Source: an uncultured bacterium (GTDB lineage Bacteria > Hydrothermota > Tepidihabitantia > SM23-42). From it: 64,000 bases of DNA. The DNA lies in the NCBI GenBank assembly GCA_964419565.1, contig CAYQPW010000001.1:88754-152753 (forward strand), written 5' to 3'. Each line of letters opens with the position of its first letter. Position 1 is the stretch's first letter. Below are positions 1 through 9,648 of the stretch, one piece after another. Under the pieces are notes generated by a model. It saw only the letters and a program-made list of their open reading frames with translations, was not told the DNA's origin and did no database searches. A program made the translations under genes and the position numbers.

Positions 1-723
1 GTCTGGTATAACTACGATTATACGCCGGCCGGTCTTTTCGGTCGTTTTATCAGTACTGCATGTCAGCCTGAGGGTCATGAACTGCCTATAAGGGTGCTGA
101 CCCAAGGTGCTCTGTTAGAACCTGACATCGCCTTTGGGGACAGCAGTTATCTGGTTGTCTGGCATGAACCATCACCTTATTATGATGATGATGTATACGG
201 ACAGATTGTTTCTACCCAGGGCGCGATGCTCGGCGACGTTATTCCGATCGCCACTGGTTCTGCTTACCAGTACTTGCCGCGCGTCTGTGCAGGTGATAGT
301 GATTTCCTTGTCGTGTGGAATCAGAACTATGCTATTTACGGTCAGTGGCTATCCATGGCTGGTGAACTTATCGGTACGAATTTTCCGATATCAGATACGG
401 CCAGCTGTACCCGTGATTACCCGGCCGTAGCGATGAATAGTACCCGGTGTTTTGTTACCTGGCATCAATTCAATAATGGTAATTATGATATCTTTGGTAA
501 TCTTGATACTGAACTGGGTCTTGCACAAAAACCAGTAAGCGGGCTCGAACACAAGGCCCTTGGAGCCACGATCCTTACCGGACCGCTGTTTTTACCTCAG
601 GCGCAGGAATATCGCGTTTTCGATATCACCGGGAGGCTCGTCGATCCTTTATGTCTTTGCCCGGGCATTTATTTTATAGAAGATCATGGTACTTTGGTTC
701 GAAAGATCGTTAAAATCCGTTAA
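1..723 (+). CDS. secreted repeat protein with T9SS type-A-like C-terminal sorting domain (5' end truncated by window edge)
   Basis: Frame 1 is open from nt 1 with no in-frame stop; the track start at 94 is a GTG. The C-terminus ...PGIYFIEDHGTLVRKIVKIR matches the tail shared by three other ORFs here (G-IYF-E-DG----KIVKIR). Internal (F/Y)LVVW...Y(G)Q repeats are present. Confidence 0.7.
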   Translation, partial: VWYNYDYTPAGLFGRFISTACQPEGHELPIRVLTQGALLEPDIAFGDSSYLVVWHEPSPYYDDDVYGQIVSTQGAMLGDVIPIATGSAYQYLPRVCAGDSDFLVVWNQNYAIYGQWLSMAGELIGTNFPISDTASCTRDYPAVAMNSTRCFVTWHQFNNGNYDIFGNLDTELGLAQKPVSGLEHKALGATILTGPLFLPQAQEYRVFDITGRLVDPLCLCPGIYFIEDHGTLVRKIVKIR

Positions 724-756
724 ATCACTGATTACGAAATTTTAGAGGAGGAATGC

Positions 757-2469
757 ATGAGAAAATTCTCGATCCAGATCGATCCCCTGACCGGCGAAAA
801 ATACATTAATGTTCCGTTTACCGGGCAGCAACTAGTGGAGTATCCCATATATAACAAGGGCTCGGCTTTTACCGAACAAGAAAGAGAAGAGCTCGGTCTT
901 TATGGTATCCTTCCGCGGCACAGTTCAACAATGACTGAACAGCTGCGCAGGGTGTGCGAAAACTATTTTTTGAAAACATCACCGATCGAAAAATTCATTT
1001 TTTTACTCGGTCTGCTCGATCGTAATGAGACTTTGTTTTACCGTTTGGTCCTTGAGAACGCCAGAGAAATGTTGCCGATCGTCTACACACCGACCGTTGG
1101 AGAAGCAGCCAAGACATATAGCCATATGTTCCGTCGACCCCGCGGATTATATATCCCGGCCGACCAGATTTCAAATATAGACAAGATATTATCGAATGCT
1201 CCGTTTTCAAATATCAGCCTGATCGTTGTAACCGATGGCGAGCGTATACTAGGTCTCGGGGATCAGGGGGTCGGTGGTATGGCTATCCCGGTGGGAAAGA
1301 CGAGCTTGTATGTTGTTGGTGCTGGTCTGCATCCGGCACTGTGTTTGCCGATCCTGCTCGATGTCGGGACGAATAGGGAAGAGGCGCTCAATGATCCGTT
1401 ATACCTTGGGCTGAAGCACCGGAGATTGACCGGTGACGCATACGATGCGGTAGTGGAGGATTTTGTAAAGGGTGTGAAAAGATGTTTTCCGCATGCCCTT
1501 CTGCAATGGGAAGATTTCGGTAAACACCATGCGCGGCGTATCCTGTTAAGGTATCAGAAGCGCATATGTTCTTTTAACGACGATATCCAGGGTACTGGTG
1601 CGGTAGCTCTTGCGGTCATACAATCGGCGGTTCGCGGAAAAGAAGAGAGGATAAAGGATCAGCGCTATGTCATCTTCGGTTTTGGCCAGGCAGGTTATGG
1701 TATTGCGCACACCCTGGTCCAGGCATTGATAGAGGAGGGGTTATCTCTGGCAGATGCCAAAGAAAAGATATATGTTATTGACAAAGATGGATTGGTCCTT
1801 GAAGACATGAAGCCTGATGAATATCAGGCGCCATTTGCCCGAAAAAGGAATTGCGTATCGGGCTGGAAATTAAAACACCCAGATAGAATAGGCCTTTTTG
1901 ATGCAGTGTTAAATACTCGCGCAACAGTGCTTATCGGAGCATCCGGGCAGACCGATGCATTTACTGAGGATATTCTTGTTCAAATGGCAGCGAATACCGC
2001 AATGCCCGTGATATTGGCTTTGTCAAATCCCACCAAACAGAGCGAATGCACACCAGAAGTTGCCTACCGGGCCACAAATGGTAGGTGTTTTATAGCGACT
2101 GGCAGTCCCTTTCCACCGGTCACGGTAAATGGTATTGAACACACAATTTCCCAGTGTAATAATATGTACATCTTCCCGGGAGTCGGTCTGGGCGCGATCA
2201 TTTCCATGACGCCCAGTGTTACTGACAGGATGTTCATCGCCGCGTCAAAAGTTCTGGCAGAAATGGTTCCACTTCAGGATGCGGCAAAAGGGATTTTACT
2301 CCCTGACATCCATGATATTAGAAAAGTGTCAGAGAATGTTGCCGTTGCAGTTGCCAAAGAAGCACGAGATGCTGGACTCGGCATCCGGCACTCGGATGAG
2401 AAACTCCGGGGCCTGGTGAAAAATTCCATGTGGGCACCTGAATATCTTCCCTACCGGTATGACAGGTAG
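757..2469 (+). CDS. maeA: malic enzyme (NAD(P)-dependent malate dehydrogenase, decarboxylating), large ~570-aa form
   Basis: GAGGAGG RBS 8 nt upstream. The N-terminal region and the 570-aa length are typical of the malic-enzyme family. Cofactor specificity cannot be told from sequence. Confidence 0.85.
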   Translation: MRKFSIQIDPLTGEKYINVPFTGQQLVEYPIYNKGSAFTEQEREELGLYGILPRHSSTMTEQLRRVCENYFLKTSPIEKFIFLLGLLDRNETLFYRLVLENAREMLPIVYTPTVGEAAKTYSHMFRRPRGLYIPADQISNIDKILSNAPFSNISLIVVTDGERILGLGDQGVGGMAIPVGKTSLYVVGAGLHPALCLPILLDVGTNREEALNDPLYLGLKHRRLTGDAYDAVVEDFVKGVKRCFPHALLQWEDFGKHHARRILLRYQKRICSFNDDIQGTGAVALAVIQSAVRGKEERIKDQRYVIFGFGQAGYGIAHTLVQALIEEGLSLADAKEKIYVIDKDGLVLEDMKPDEYQAPFARKRNCVSGWKLKHPDRIGLFDAVLNTRATVLIGASGQTDAFTEDILVQMAANTAMPVILALSNPTKQSECTPEVAYRATNGRCFIATGSPFPPVTVNGIEHTISQCNNMYIFPGVGLGAIISMTPSVTDRMFIAASKVLAEMVPLQDAAKGILLPDIHDIRKVSENVAVAVAKEARDAGLGIRHSDEKLRGLVKNSMWAPEYLPYRYDR

Positions 2470-2551
2470 AATGACGTCTGGACTTGATGGGGCGCGGGCA
2501 CCTGGATATTATCCACTAAAGCCAGTAGTCAGTAGTTGATGAAGGGAAGAC

Positions 2552-2580
2552 TTGACGCGCTTTTTTTCACATATATAATA
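2552..2580 (+). promoter_or_regulatory. candidate sigma-70 promoter (TTGACG-N17-ATAATA) for the aminotransferase gene
   Basis: TTGACG at 2552-2557, ATAATA at 2575-2580, 27 nt upstream of the ATG at 2607. Confidence 0.35.
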
Positions 2581-2606
2581 ATGAACCTACAAGGCAAGGA
2601 AAATCT

Positions 2607-4007
2607 ATGAAACTGAGTGACTTGCAGACAAAAATCGTTGGCTTGGATGAAGAAGTCATGCTCCTGGACGGTTCAAAACGTCGTTATGTCAATTTTGACA
2701 ATGCTTCAAGTACGCCGACGCTCTTACCCGTGCAGCAGAAAGTCGATGAGTTCTGCAAATGGTATTCGAATGTTCACCGGGGGACCGGTTTCAAATCTCA
2801 GATCTCATCCTGGGTTTTTGAAGAAGCAAGACATATAATCGCTGAATTCGTGGGTGCGGACGAGAAATCGAGTGTCATATTCTGTAAAAACACAACCGAA
2901 GCGATCAATAAGCTCGCCGCCCGGTTCCGGTGTCCTGCGGCAGGTGAGGACAAGCCGATCATTTTGACGACGATAATGGAGCATCATTCAAACGAACTTC
3001 CATGGCGAAAGATCGGTGAAGTCATTCATGCCGAGCTCAATCCGGACGGTACGATCAATATTGCAGACTTCGATGAAAAACTGGAAAAGTACCGGGGTAA
3101 GATTCAACTCGTTGCGGTTACCGGTGCTTCGAATGTCACCGGATACATAAACCCGGTCCATGATCTGGCCAGGAAAGTGCATGGTATTGGTGCACAAATA
3201 GTCGTTGATGCAGCACAGCTCGCTCCTCACCGCCCGATCGACGTAAAACCAAGTGATGATCCAGAACACCTTGACTATGTCGCATTCTCCGCACATAAGA
3301 TGTACGCGCCCTATGGTATCGGCGTTCTCGTTACCACGAAGAATATTTTCAAGATCGGTGCGCCTCAACACGTTGGCGGCGGTACGGTTGATATTGTGAG
3401 TCTTGAAAATGTATACTGGAAAGACCTGCCCGATCGTGAGGAAGCTGGTACACCAGATATCATCGGTGTCGTGGCCCTTGCAAAGGTCATTCTATTGATA
3501 AATGAGATCGGTTTTAAGTCGATAATCGATCACGAAGCCAAATTGACGTCACATGCACTTGAGAGATTATCTAAAATGCCCGAGGTTATTCTTTATGGCG
3601 ATCCGGACCCGGAAAAAGCGCAGACACGGCTTGGTGTCATTTCATTGAATATTAAAGATGTCGATCATGCTCTGGTTGCTGCGATATTGAGCTATGAAGG
3701 TGGTATTGGCGTGCGTAATGGTTGTTTTTGCGCACACCCCTATGTCAAGCGCCTGCTCGGAGTCAGTCGGGAAGATGCTAAAAGAGTTGAGGGGTATATC
3801 CTCGCCCGTGACCGTTCCAAGATCCCCGGTACGATCAGGGTGAGTTTTGGCCTTTACAATAGCAAAGAAGAAATAGACCATCTTTGTGACATGATAAAGA
3901 TGATCATTGAGAAGAAATACAAGGGCAAATATCTCCTGAATAAAGAAAGGGGCGAATATAATCCTGAAGGTTTCAGGATGGATTTTCCTTCAGTCTTCAC
4001 TTTATAA
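2607..4007 (+). CDS. class V aminotransferase-fold PLP enzyme (cysteine desulfurase / SufS-CsdA-like family)
   Basis: N-terminal ...NFDNASSTP... and ...NVHRG... motifs. PLP-lysine motif SAHKMYAPYGIGVL. 466 aa. Confidence 0.8.
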   Translation: MKLSDLQTKIVGLDEEVMLLDGSKRRYVNFDNASSTPTLLPVQQKVDEFCKWYSNVHRGTGFKSQISSWVFEEARHIIAEFVGADEKSSVIFCKNTTEAINKLAARFRCPAAGEDKPIILTTIMEHHSNELPWRKIGEVIHAELNPDGTINIADFDEKLEKYRGKIQLVAVTGASNVTGYINPVHDLARKVHGIGAQIVVDAAQLAPHRPIDVKPSDDPEHLDYVAFSAHKMYAPYGIGVLVTTKNIFKIGAPQHVGGGTVDIVSLENVYWKDLPDREEAGTPDIIGVVALAKVILLINEIGFKSIIDHEAKLTSHALERLSKMPEVILYGDPDPEKAQTRLGVISLNIKDVDHALVAAILSYEGGIGVRNGCFCAHPYVKRLLGVSREDAKRVEGYILARDRSKIPGTIRVSFGLYNSKEEIDHLCDMIKMIIEKKYKGKYLLNKERGEYNPEGFRMDFPSVFTL

Positions 4008-4009
4008 AA

Positions 4010-6034
4010 TCAGGATTTCCTGAATTTCTGGATTAGATACGCTGTTGCGTAAAAAGCGATGCCGATCGCATACATGTAATATCTCGAACCTTGATTCAGA
4101 CCGAATATTTTTACAATGATCCCGGGATAGAAGAGTATTACTGAAGCGGCGAGAAATATCGGTATCTCATACCATTTGTTTCTGAGCAAAAACCATCCCT
4201 GTACAGCATTGGCGAATGCAAAAGCACCGAATATGGCCATGACAAAGATGAGCAGTGCCTGAGCCAAATTATTGATGCCAAAGAGCACGAGCTCGGCATT
4301 GAACACGAACATGAAAGGAATGACCGCAGTCCTTAAGTCATACATGAATCCTTTGATGCCGGTGCGTATCGGGTCTGATTTCGCGATCGCTGCTGCACTG
4401 TAAGCAGCAAGTCCAACAGGCGGTGTGTCGTCAGCGAGGATCCCGAAATAAAAGCAGAATAAATGTGCCGCAATAGCCGGGATATAGCCGATCCCGCTGC
4501 GTGCACCGAGTGTTATAATGACCGGTACGGTGATCGACGCCATGACGATATAGGTGGCTGTGGTCGGTAATCCCATACCGATTATCAGACTGGCGATTGC
4601 GGTTATTAGCAAGAGCAAGAATATATTGCCGGCTGAGAGGATCTCGACGATCTGCACGATCATGCTGCCGATACCCATGGTGACGATGCCGACGACGATA
4701 CCAGCACAGGCAGTTGCCAGGGCAACGGAGAGCATATTACGCGCACCAGATATAAGGCCGCTGCTGATCGTCTTAAACCCGCTTATCGCCGCCTCAATGA
4801 CATTTTTCTTCTCGTTCCGGGCTCTGATGAAAGCGCGGACCATAATGATGATCATGAGGACGATGATCGCATTAAAAGCAGCCAATTTAGGGGTGTGGCG
4901 TATGACCATCAATTCATAGATAAGCATGAAAAGCGGGACCAGGTAGTAGAAGCCATTTTTCATGACAGCCCAGAAATTCGGGATATCTGATTTTGGTAAT
5001 CCCTTCATACCGAGTTTTGATGCTTCCAGATGAGTAATATAAAAAAGAGCGAAGTACGATACAAAAGCAGGGATTGCGGCGGCTTTTACCACATCCAGAT
5101 AAGGTATGCTGAGATACTCGGCGATGATGAATGCGGCCGCGCCCATGATCGGCGGCATGAGCTGGCCGTTTGTACTCGCTGCAACCTCAGTGGCAGCGGC
5201 GATCCTGCTTGGATAGCCGACTTTTTTCATGAGCGGGATCGTGAACGTACCTGTCGTGACGACATTGGCGATGCTCGATCCTGAAACCAGACCGGTGAAG
5301 CCGCTGGCCACGACCGCGGCTTTAGCCGGTCCTCCTTTGTACTTGCCGAGCAGCGATATCGCAAGATCATTAAAAAAGTGGACCGCTCCGGCGCGTTCGA
5401 GCATGGATCCGAGTAGAACGAACAGGAAAACCGTATTGGCTGATACATCAAGAGGGATGCCATAGATCCCCTCGGTTGACAGAGCGACCTGACTGAGATA
5501 TTTTTCCAAGGACACACCGCGCAGGGCAAAGACCGTTGGCATATGGGGTGCAAGAAAGGCATACAGGGTGAACAAAACCGCGATAATAACGAGAGGCAGA
5601 CCAATGACCCGGCGTGATGCCTCAAAGACCAAAACGATGAGGAGCACGCTCATGAACATGTCTCTGGTGCTCGGGATCCCGGCACGCATCGATATCCCGG
5701 TCCAGTCAAATACTATGTACAGGACTGCAAGACACGCCAGACCGGCGAAAATAAAATCCAAAAAGGGGATAGACTTTTTTTCATTAATAAATTTTATCGC
5801 CCGTAAACGCTTGGCAAAGGGTAAGCTCAAAAAAACAAGCACGATGGCAAAACACAGATGGATCGCCCGGATCGTAACACTGTCGAGGATTATTAATCTG
5901 GGCAGAGTGAGTTGAAAAAGCGCCCAGCTGATCGAAACAGCGCCGACGATAATCCTATCGACGCGCCGTTTATCCCTTATGATACCCGTTTCTTCTTTGA
6001 TTTTTTCTTCGGCTAAATCATGGTTCGCCTTCAT
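4010..6034 (-). CDS. TRAP transporter fused permease (DctQ-DctM 4TM/12TM fusion, TAXI-type)
   Basis: 674-aa polytopic membrane protein with a charged N-terminal segment followed by many TM helices. Immediately downstream of a TAXI receptor gene on the same strand. Confidence 0.8.
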   Translation of the reverse strand: MKANHDLAEEKIKEETGIIRDKRRVDRIIVGAVSISWALFQLTLPRLIILDSVTIRAIHLCFAIVLVFLSLPFAKRLRAIKFINEKKSIPFLDFIFAGLACLAVLYIVFDWTGISMRAGIPSTRDMFMSVLLIVLVFEASRRVIGLPLVIIAVLFTLYAFLAPHMPTVFALRGVSLEKYLSQVALSTEGIYGIPLDVSANTVFLFVLLGSMLERAGAVHFFNDLAISLLGKYKGGPAKAAVVASGFTGLVSGSSIANVVTTGTFTIPLMKKVGYPSRIAAATEVAASTNGQLMPPIMGAAAFIIAEYLSIPYLDVVKAAAIPAFVSYFALFYITHLEASKLGMKGLPKSDIPNFWAVMKNGFYYLVPLFMLIYELMVIRHTPKLAAFNAIIVLMIIIMVRAFIRARNEKKNVIEAAISGFKTISSGLISGARNMLSVALATACAGIVVGIVTMGIGSMIVQIVEILSAGNIFLLLLITAIASLIIGMGLPTTATYIVMASITVPVIITLGARSGIGYIPAIAAHLFCFYFGILADDTPPVGLAAYSAAAIAKSDPIRTGIKGFMYDLRTAVIPFMFVFNAELVLFGINNLAQALLIFVMAIFGAFAFANAVQGWFLLRNKWYEIPIFLAASVILFYPGIIVKIFGLNQGSRYYMYAIGIAFYATAYLIQKFRKS

Positions 6035-6047
6035 TGACCCCAGTAGA

Positions 6048-7049
6048 TCAGTCGATGATCAAAACTGGATCGATGAATTTATCAAGACCAGCTTCCCGGT
6101 AATATTTCAGCGCTCCTTTATGTACTGGCGCAGATAGACCCTCAAGCATATTTTCTTTTGTGAGCACCGCATATGCCGGGTGAAGGGCCTTGAATTCTTC
6201 AAAGTTTTCAAAGACGACTTTGGTGATCGCATAGACAATATCTTCGCTCACGTTCTTGGATGTGATAAAAGTCGCCTTAACACCGATCGTTTGAATATCC
6301 TCGGCATTCAAAGCCCGGGGATAGAATGAATGCGGTATCAGCGCTTTTGCATAGTACTTGTATTTTACTATCATCCTGTCTCTTGTTTTACCCGTGATCG
6401 GGACGATGCGCACTTTAATACGACCAGAGGTTGCCTCTTTTATATTCCCGTTGGGATGACCCACAGTATAGAAGAAACCGTCGAGTCTTTCATCCTGGAG
6501 TAAACCCGGTGCTTCTACTGCTTTTACATATTCTGCAGATACATCGCTTTCCGTAAAACCGGCGGCTGATAGAACGTCTTTTGAGTTCTGTAATTGACCC
6601 GACCCTGGATTCCCGAGATTTATTCTTTTTTCTTTCAGATCTTCGATCGATTCGATCTTGCTATCCTCAGATACAACGAGAGTTATGGGTTCAGGGTGAA
6701 GGGCGAAGATCGATCTCAAACTCGTCTGGGGGCCAGCTTTGGACCATTCAGCCAAACCTTGATAGGCCTGATACTGACGGTCGGACTGTGCTATGCCGAA
6801 TTCCATATCGCCGGTCAGTACTGCATTGATATTGAAGACAGATCCGCTTGTCGATTCAACGGTCGCTTTGATTTTGAATTCCTTTACCCGTTTATTGAGC
6901 ATACGGCTCAGTGCACCACCGGTCGGGTAGTATAGACCAGTTACACCACCCGTGCCGATCGTTATAAAAGTCGCTTTTTCAGTTTGACAGCCGTTCAGGC
7001 TGATTACTATCATATTCAAAGCCAATAAAATACACGATAGTTTGCGCAT
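6048..7049 (-). CDS. TRAP transporter solute receptor, TAXI family (lipoprotein)
   Basis: Signal/lipobox ...ISLNGC, TAXI hallmark ...ITIGTGGVTGLYYPTGGA..., 333 aa. Lies 13 nt upstream of the fused permease. Confidence 0.8.
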   Translation of the reverse strand: MRKLSCILLALNMIVISLNGCQTEKATFITIGTGGVTGLYYPTGGALSRMLNKRVKEFKIKATVESTSGSVFNINAVLTGDMEFGIAQSDRQYQAYQGLAEWSKAGPQTSLRSIFALHPEPITLVVSEDSKIESIEDLKEKRINLGNPGSGQLQNSKDVLSAAGFTESDVSAEYVKAVEAPGLLQDERLDGFFYTVGHPNGNIKEATSGRIKVRIVPITGKTRDRMIVKYKYYAKALIPHSFYPRALNAEDIQTIGVKATFITSKNVSEDIVYAITKVVFENFEEFKALHPAYAVLTKENMLEGLSAPVHKGALKYYREAGLDKFIDPVLIID

Positions 7050-7210
7050 GGCGGAAACCTCCTTTCATAGTATAATAATCTGCTCATTAATGTCAAGAAA
7101 ACCATAGGGAGATCTCTGCAAAGAGCCCCTTTTTTTATTTTCTGCTGAACCGTGCTTTTGAACCGTCCGATATCATCTTTACAAGTTCGTTGATTTTGCT
7201 ATAATCTGCC

Positions 7211-9085
7211 ATGTATTATGATGACAGTACCCTGCCATTATTAACACCCGAGCCAGGTGAACGGATCCGAGAGTACGAGATCATCGGCAAGATCGGGAGT
7301 GGTGGTATGGCGACCGTTTACAAGGCTCGCCACACGTTGATAAATCAGGTTGTTGCGATCAAAATAATGAAACCGGCGCTTACTTCTGACCCTCAATTCT
7401 GTGAGCGTTTTCTGCGTGAAGCACAGGCGACCGCGCAGCTGACCGGTCATCCAAATATCGTCACGGTCCATAATTTCTTTGAAGATAATGGTATGTATAT
7501 TTTTGTCATGGAATATATCGAAGGTATCGGCATTAACGATGCAAGGATCCGGACGCTCGCCCAGCGCATCAAGAAGTTCGGCGCTTTTGATATCGATAGT
7601 TTTTCACCGGTTCTTGGAGGGCTTTTGTCAGGTCTGGGTTTTGCTCATGACCAGTCCATCGTGCACCGTGATATCAAACCCTCGAACATCATGTTTTCTG
7701 ATAAATCTTCTGCTAAACTCGTTGATTTCGGCATCGCCCAGATGGTCAGCGATCAAAAAATTACAAGGACCGGGACTGCGGTCGGGACGCCGAAATACAT
7801 GTCACCCGAGCAGGTAAGAGGTAGAGAACTCGACGCGCGCAGCGATATCTATTCGCTCGGCATAACGATCTATGAAGCTCTGACCGGAAAGGTTCCTTTT
7901 CAGGGTGACACGGATTATGAAATAATGCGCAAGCAAGAAGAGGAAATACCGTTGTCGCCCGGCGATATAAACCCGCAGATTACCAGAGTCTGGGATCATC
8001 TTATTCTCAAGTGTTTGTCTAAAGATCCCGGACAGCGACCGCAGAGCTGCCGGGAAATATCGCATATTCTAAAGATGAACATCGTCACTGATGTGCCCCA
8101 ACCACGGGTCAAGATCAAAGCGCATCCTGCTCATGACATAGAACAGGCAGATGTTGACCAGGAGCCAGAAGCGAAAGCGGCCGGTAAAAAGCGGACGAGG
8201 AAGCTGCACGCTATTTTTTATATCGGTCTGGGTGTGCTTATTGCCTGTACGATCGTGGCTTTATTGTACTACTTCACGATCCACTATCCGCGCCACAAGG
8301 AAAGAATCGAACCCGTGCTCTTTGGGGTCAAAAACCAAGCTGACGAGCAAATTACGATCGAATCTCCGGCGCGCAAGTATTCCATAATCGGCAATTTGAT
8401 CGCTGGCTCATCGTATGTGAAAAATGCCTTTGTTTTGTGCGACGAGGCAAAATTGGGTGAGATTATCGACCAGATCAGACAGGACGAACCAGAGATCACC
8501 TATGTACATTTTACAGATGACCAAAATACCATCATCGCCTCGAGCGATCCCGGGAAAATGGGCGCGCTGTACAATTCAAAGCTCCTTGATCCAGGTAATA
8601 ATGCAGTCCGGCAACGCGATCGGTTTTATGAATGCGGTTTCAGTATAGAACTCGAAGAGAAAAAGTTCGGCGCATTGTATTTTGGAGCGCTAACGAGTGA
8701 ACAAGAACAAACATTAACCCAGCATGAGTTGCGCGTTGAAAGGTATAAGAGTATCGGTCAGATCATTGCCCACTCTTCATATGTTGAAGATATGCTGACA
8801 ATGGACGAAATAGCGACGCTCGATGATGTCATCAGCGAATTACGTGATGCGGTAGCTGATATATCACTGGTGCATTTTACAGATGGACAGGGTTTTATAA
8901 TCGCCTCGAGTGACCGGGCTTCTTTAGGCCGTGAATTTTTCAGCGACATCTTTAATAACACTGAATGCGTAGTCAGGTCAAAAGACGGTTATTACGAGGG
9001 TGGATTTAGTATCAGGATAGGGGAGAAAAAAATCGGTGTTTTGTATTTCAAAACGGATATTGCACAGCCGGATAATCCTCAGTAA
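7211..9085 (+). CDS. Hanks-type serine/threonine protein kinase with TM segment and duplicated C-terminal sensor-like domain
   Basis: Kinase motifs GSGGMATVYKA, VAIK, HRDIKPSN, DFGIA, GTPKYMSPE. A TM helix sits at ~aa 330-355. Two ~95-aa C-terminal repeats: (Y/L)VHFTD-Q--IIASSD...G-Y-(E/G)GFSI...EKK(F/I)G-LYF. Confidence 0.85.
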   Translation: MYYDDSTLPLLTPEPGERIREYEIIGKIGSGGMATVYKARHTLINQVVAIKIMKPALTSDPQFCERFLREAQATAQLTGHPNIVTVHNFFEDNGMYIFVMEYIEGIGINDARIRTLAQRIKKFGAFDIDSFSPVLGGLLSGLGFAHDQSIVHRDIKPSNIMFSDKSSAKLVDFGIAQMVSDQKITRTGTAVGTPKYMSPEQVRGRELDARSDIYSLGITIYEALTGKVPFQGDTDYEIMRKQEEEIPLSPGDINPQITRVWDHLILKCLSKDPGQRPQSCREISHILKMNIVTDVPQPRVKIKAHPAHDIEQADVDQEPEAKAAGKKRTRKLHAIFYIGLGVLIACTIVALLYYFTIHYPRHKERIEPVLFGVKNQADEQITIESPARKYSIIGNLIAGSSYVKNAFVLCDEAKLGEIIDQIRQDEPEITYVHFTDDQNTIIASSDPGKMGALYNSKLLDPGNNAVRQRDRFYECGFSIELEEKKFGALYFGALTSEQEQTLTQHELRVERYKSIGQIIAHSSYVEDMLTMDEIATLDDVISELRDAVADISLVHFTDGQGFIIASSDRASLGREFFSDIFNNTECVVRSKDGYYEGGFSIRIGEKKIGVLYFKTDIAQPDNPQ

Positions 9086-9135
9086 TAAACATTTTTTAAT
9101 TTTTTTCTGTCAAAATATCAGTAGAGGAGGTAATT

Positions 9136-9582
9136 ATGGCAGATAAATTTCTTGAACGGTGGGAGCCGTTTAGAGATATGCTAAATTTAAGAGCTGATAT
9201 GGATAAGGTCTTTAAGAGTTTTTTCAGCGGATTCCCCGAAGAAAGAGAAGGGTATTGGGCGCCGATCATTGATATTGAAGAAGACAAAGACAAGATCATT
9301 GTGAAAGTTGAGATTCCGGGTATGAGAAAGGAAGACATACAGGTTGCTGTTCACGGCAATATACTTACAGTATCTGGTGAGCGCAAACAGGAGAGCGAGC
9401 TCAAGGATAGAACTTATCACCGTATTGAACGCGCTTATGGAAAATTCAGCCGTACTATCACCCTGCCTTCTGAGGTGGATGCTGATGAGATCAAGGCATC
9501 TTACAAGGATGGTCTGTTAAAGATCGATCTACCCAAACCAGAATCCATTAAGCCGAGGCAAATCGATGTCGAGATAACTTGA
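9136..9582 (+). CDS. Hsp20 / alpha-crystallin family small heat-shock protein
   Basis: GAGGAGG RBS. ACD signature ...EDKDKIIVKVEIPGMRKEDIQV...ILTVSGERK...F-R-I-LP...A-Y-DGLLKIDLPK. Confidence 0.9.
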   Translation: MADKFLERWEPFRDMLNLRADMDKVFKSFFSGFPEEREGYWAPIIDIEEDKDKIIVKVEIPGMRKEDIQVAVHGNILTVSGERKQESELKDRTYHRIERAYGKFSRTITLPSEVDADEIKASYKDGLLKIDLPKPESIKPRQIDVEIT

Positions 9583-9596
9583 GTTGTTTCTGAATG

Positions 9597-9628
9597 AAAA
9601 GGTCGGGCATTGCCCGACCTTTTTTTAT
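9597..9628. terminator. bidirectional rho-independent terminator shared by convergent hsp20 (+) and RND pump (-)
   Basis: aaaa-GGTCGGG-cattg-CCCGACC-ttttttta: 7-bp GC-rich stem flanked by an A-tract and a T-tract. Confidence 0.7.
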
Positions 9629-9648
9629 GGACTTTGTATTTTGGATCG

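Noticed and set aside
4554-5915. Several 80-130-aa ORFs on both strands inside the TRAP permease gene
   Set aside because: Embedded in a 674-aa membrane protein gene with clear family features. Low-complexity translations.
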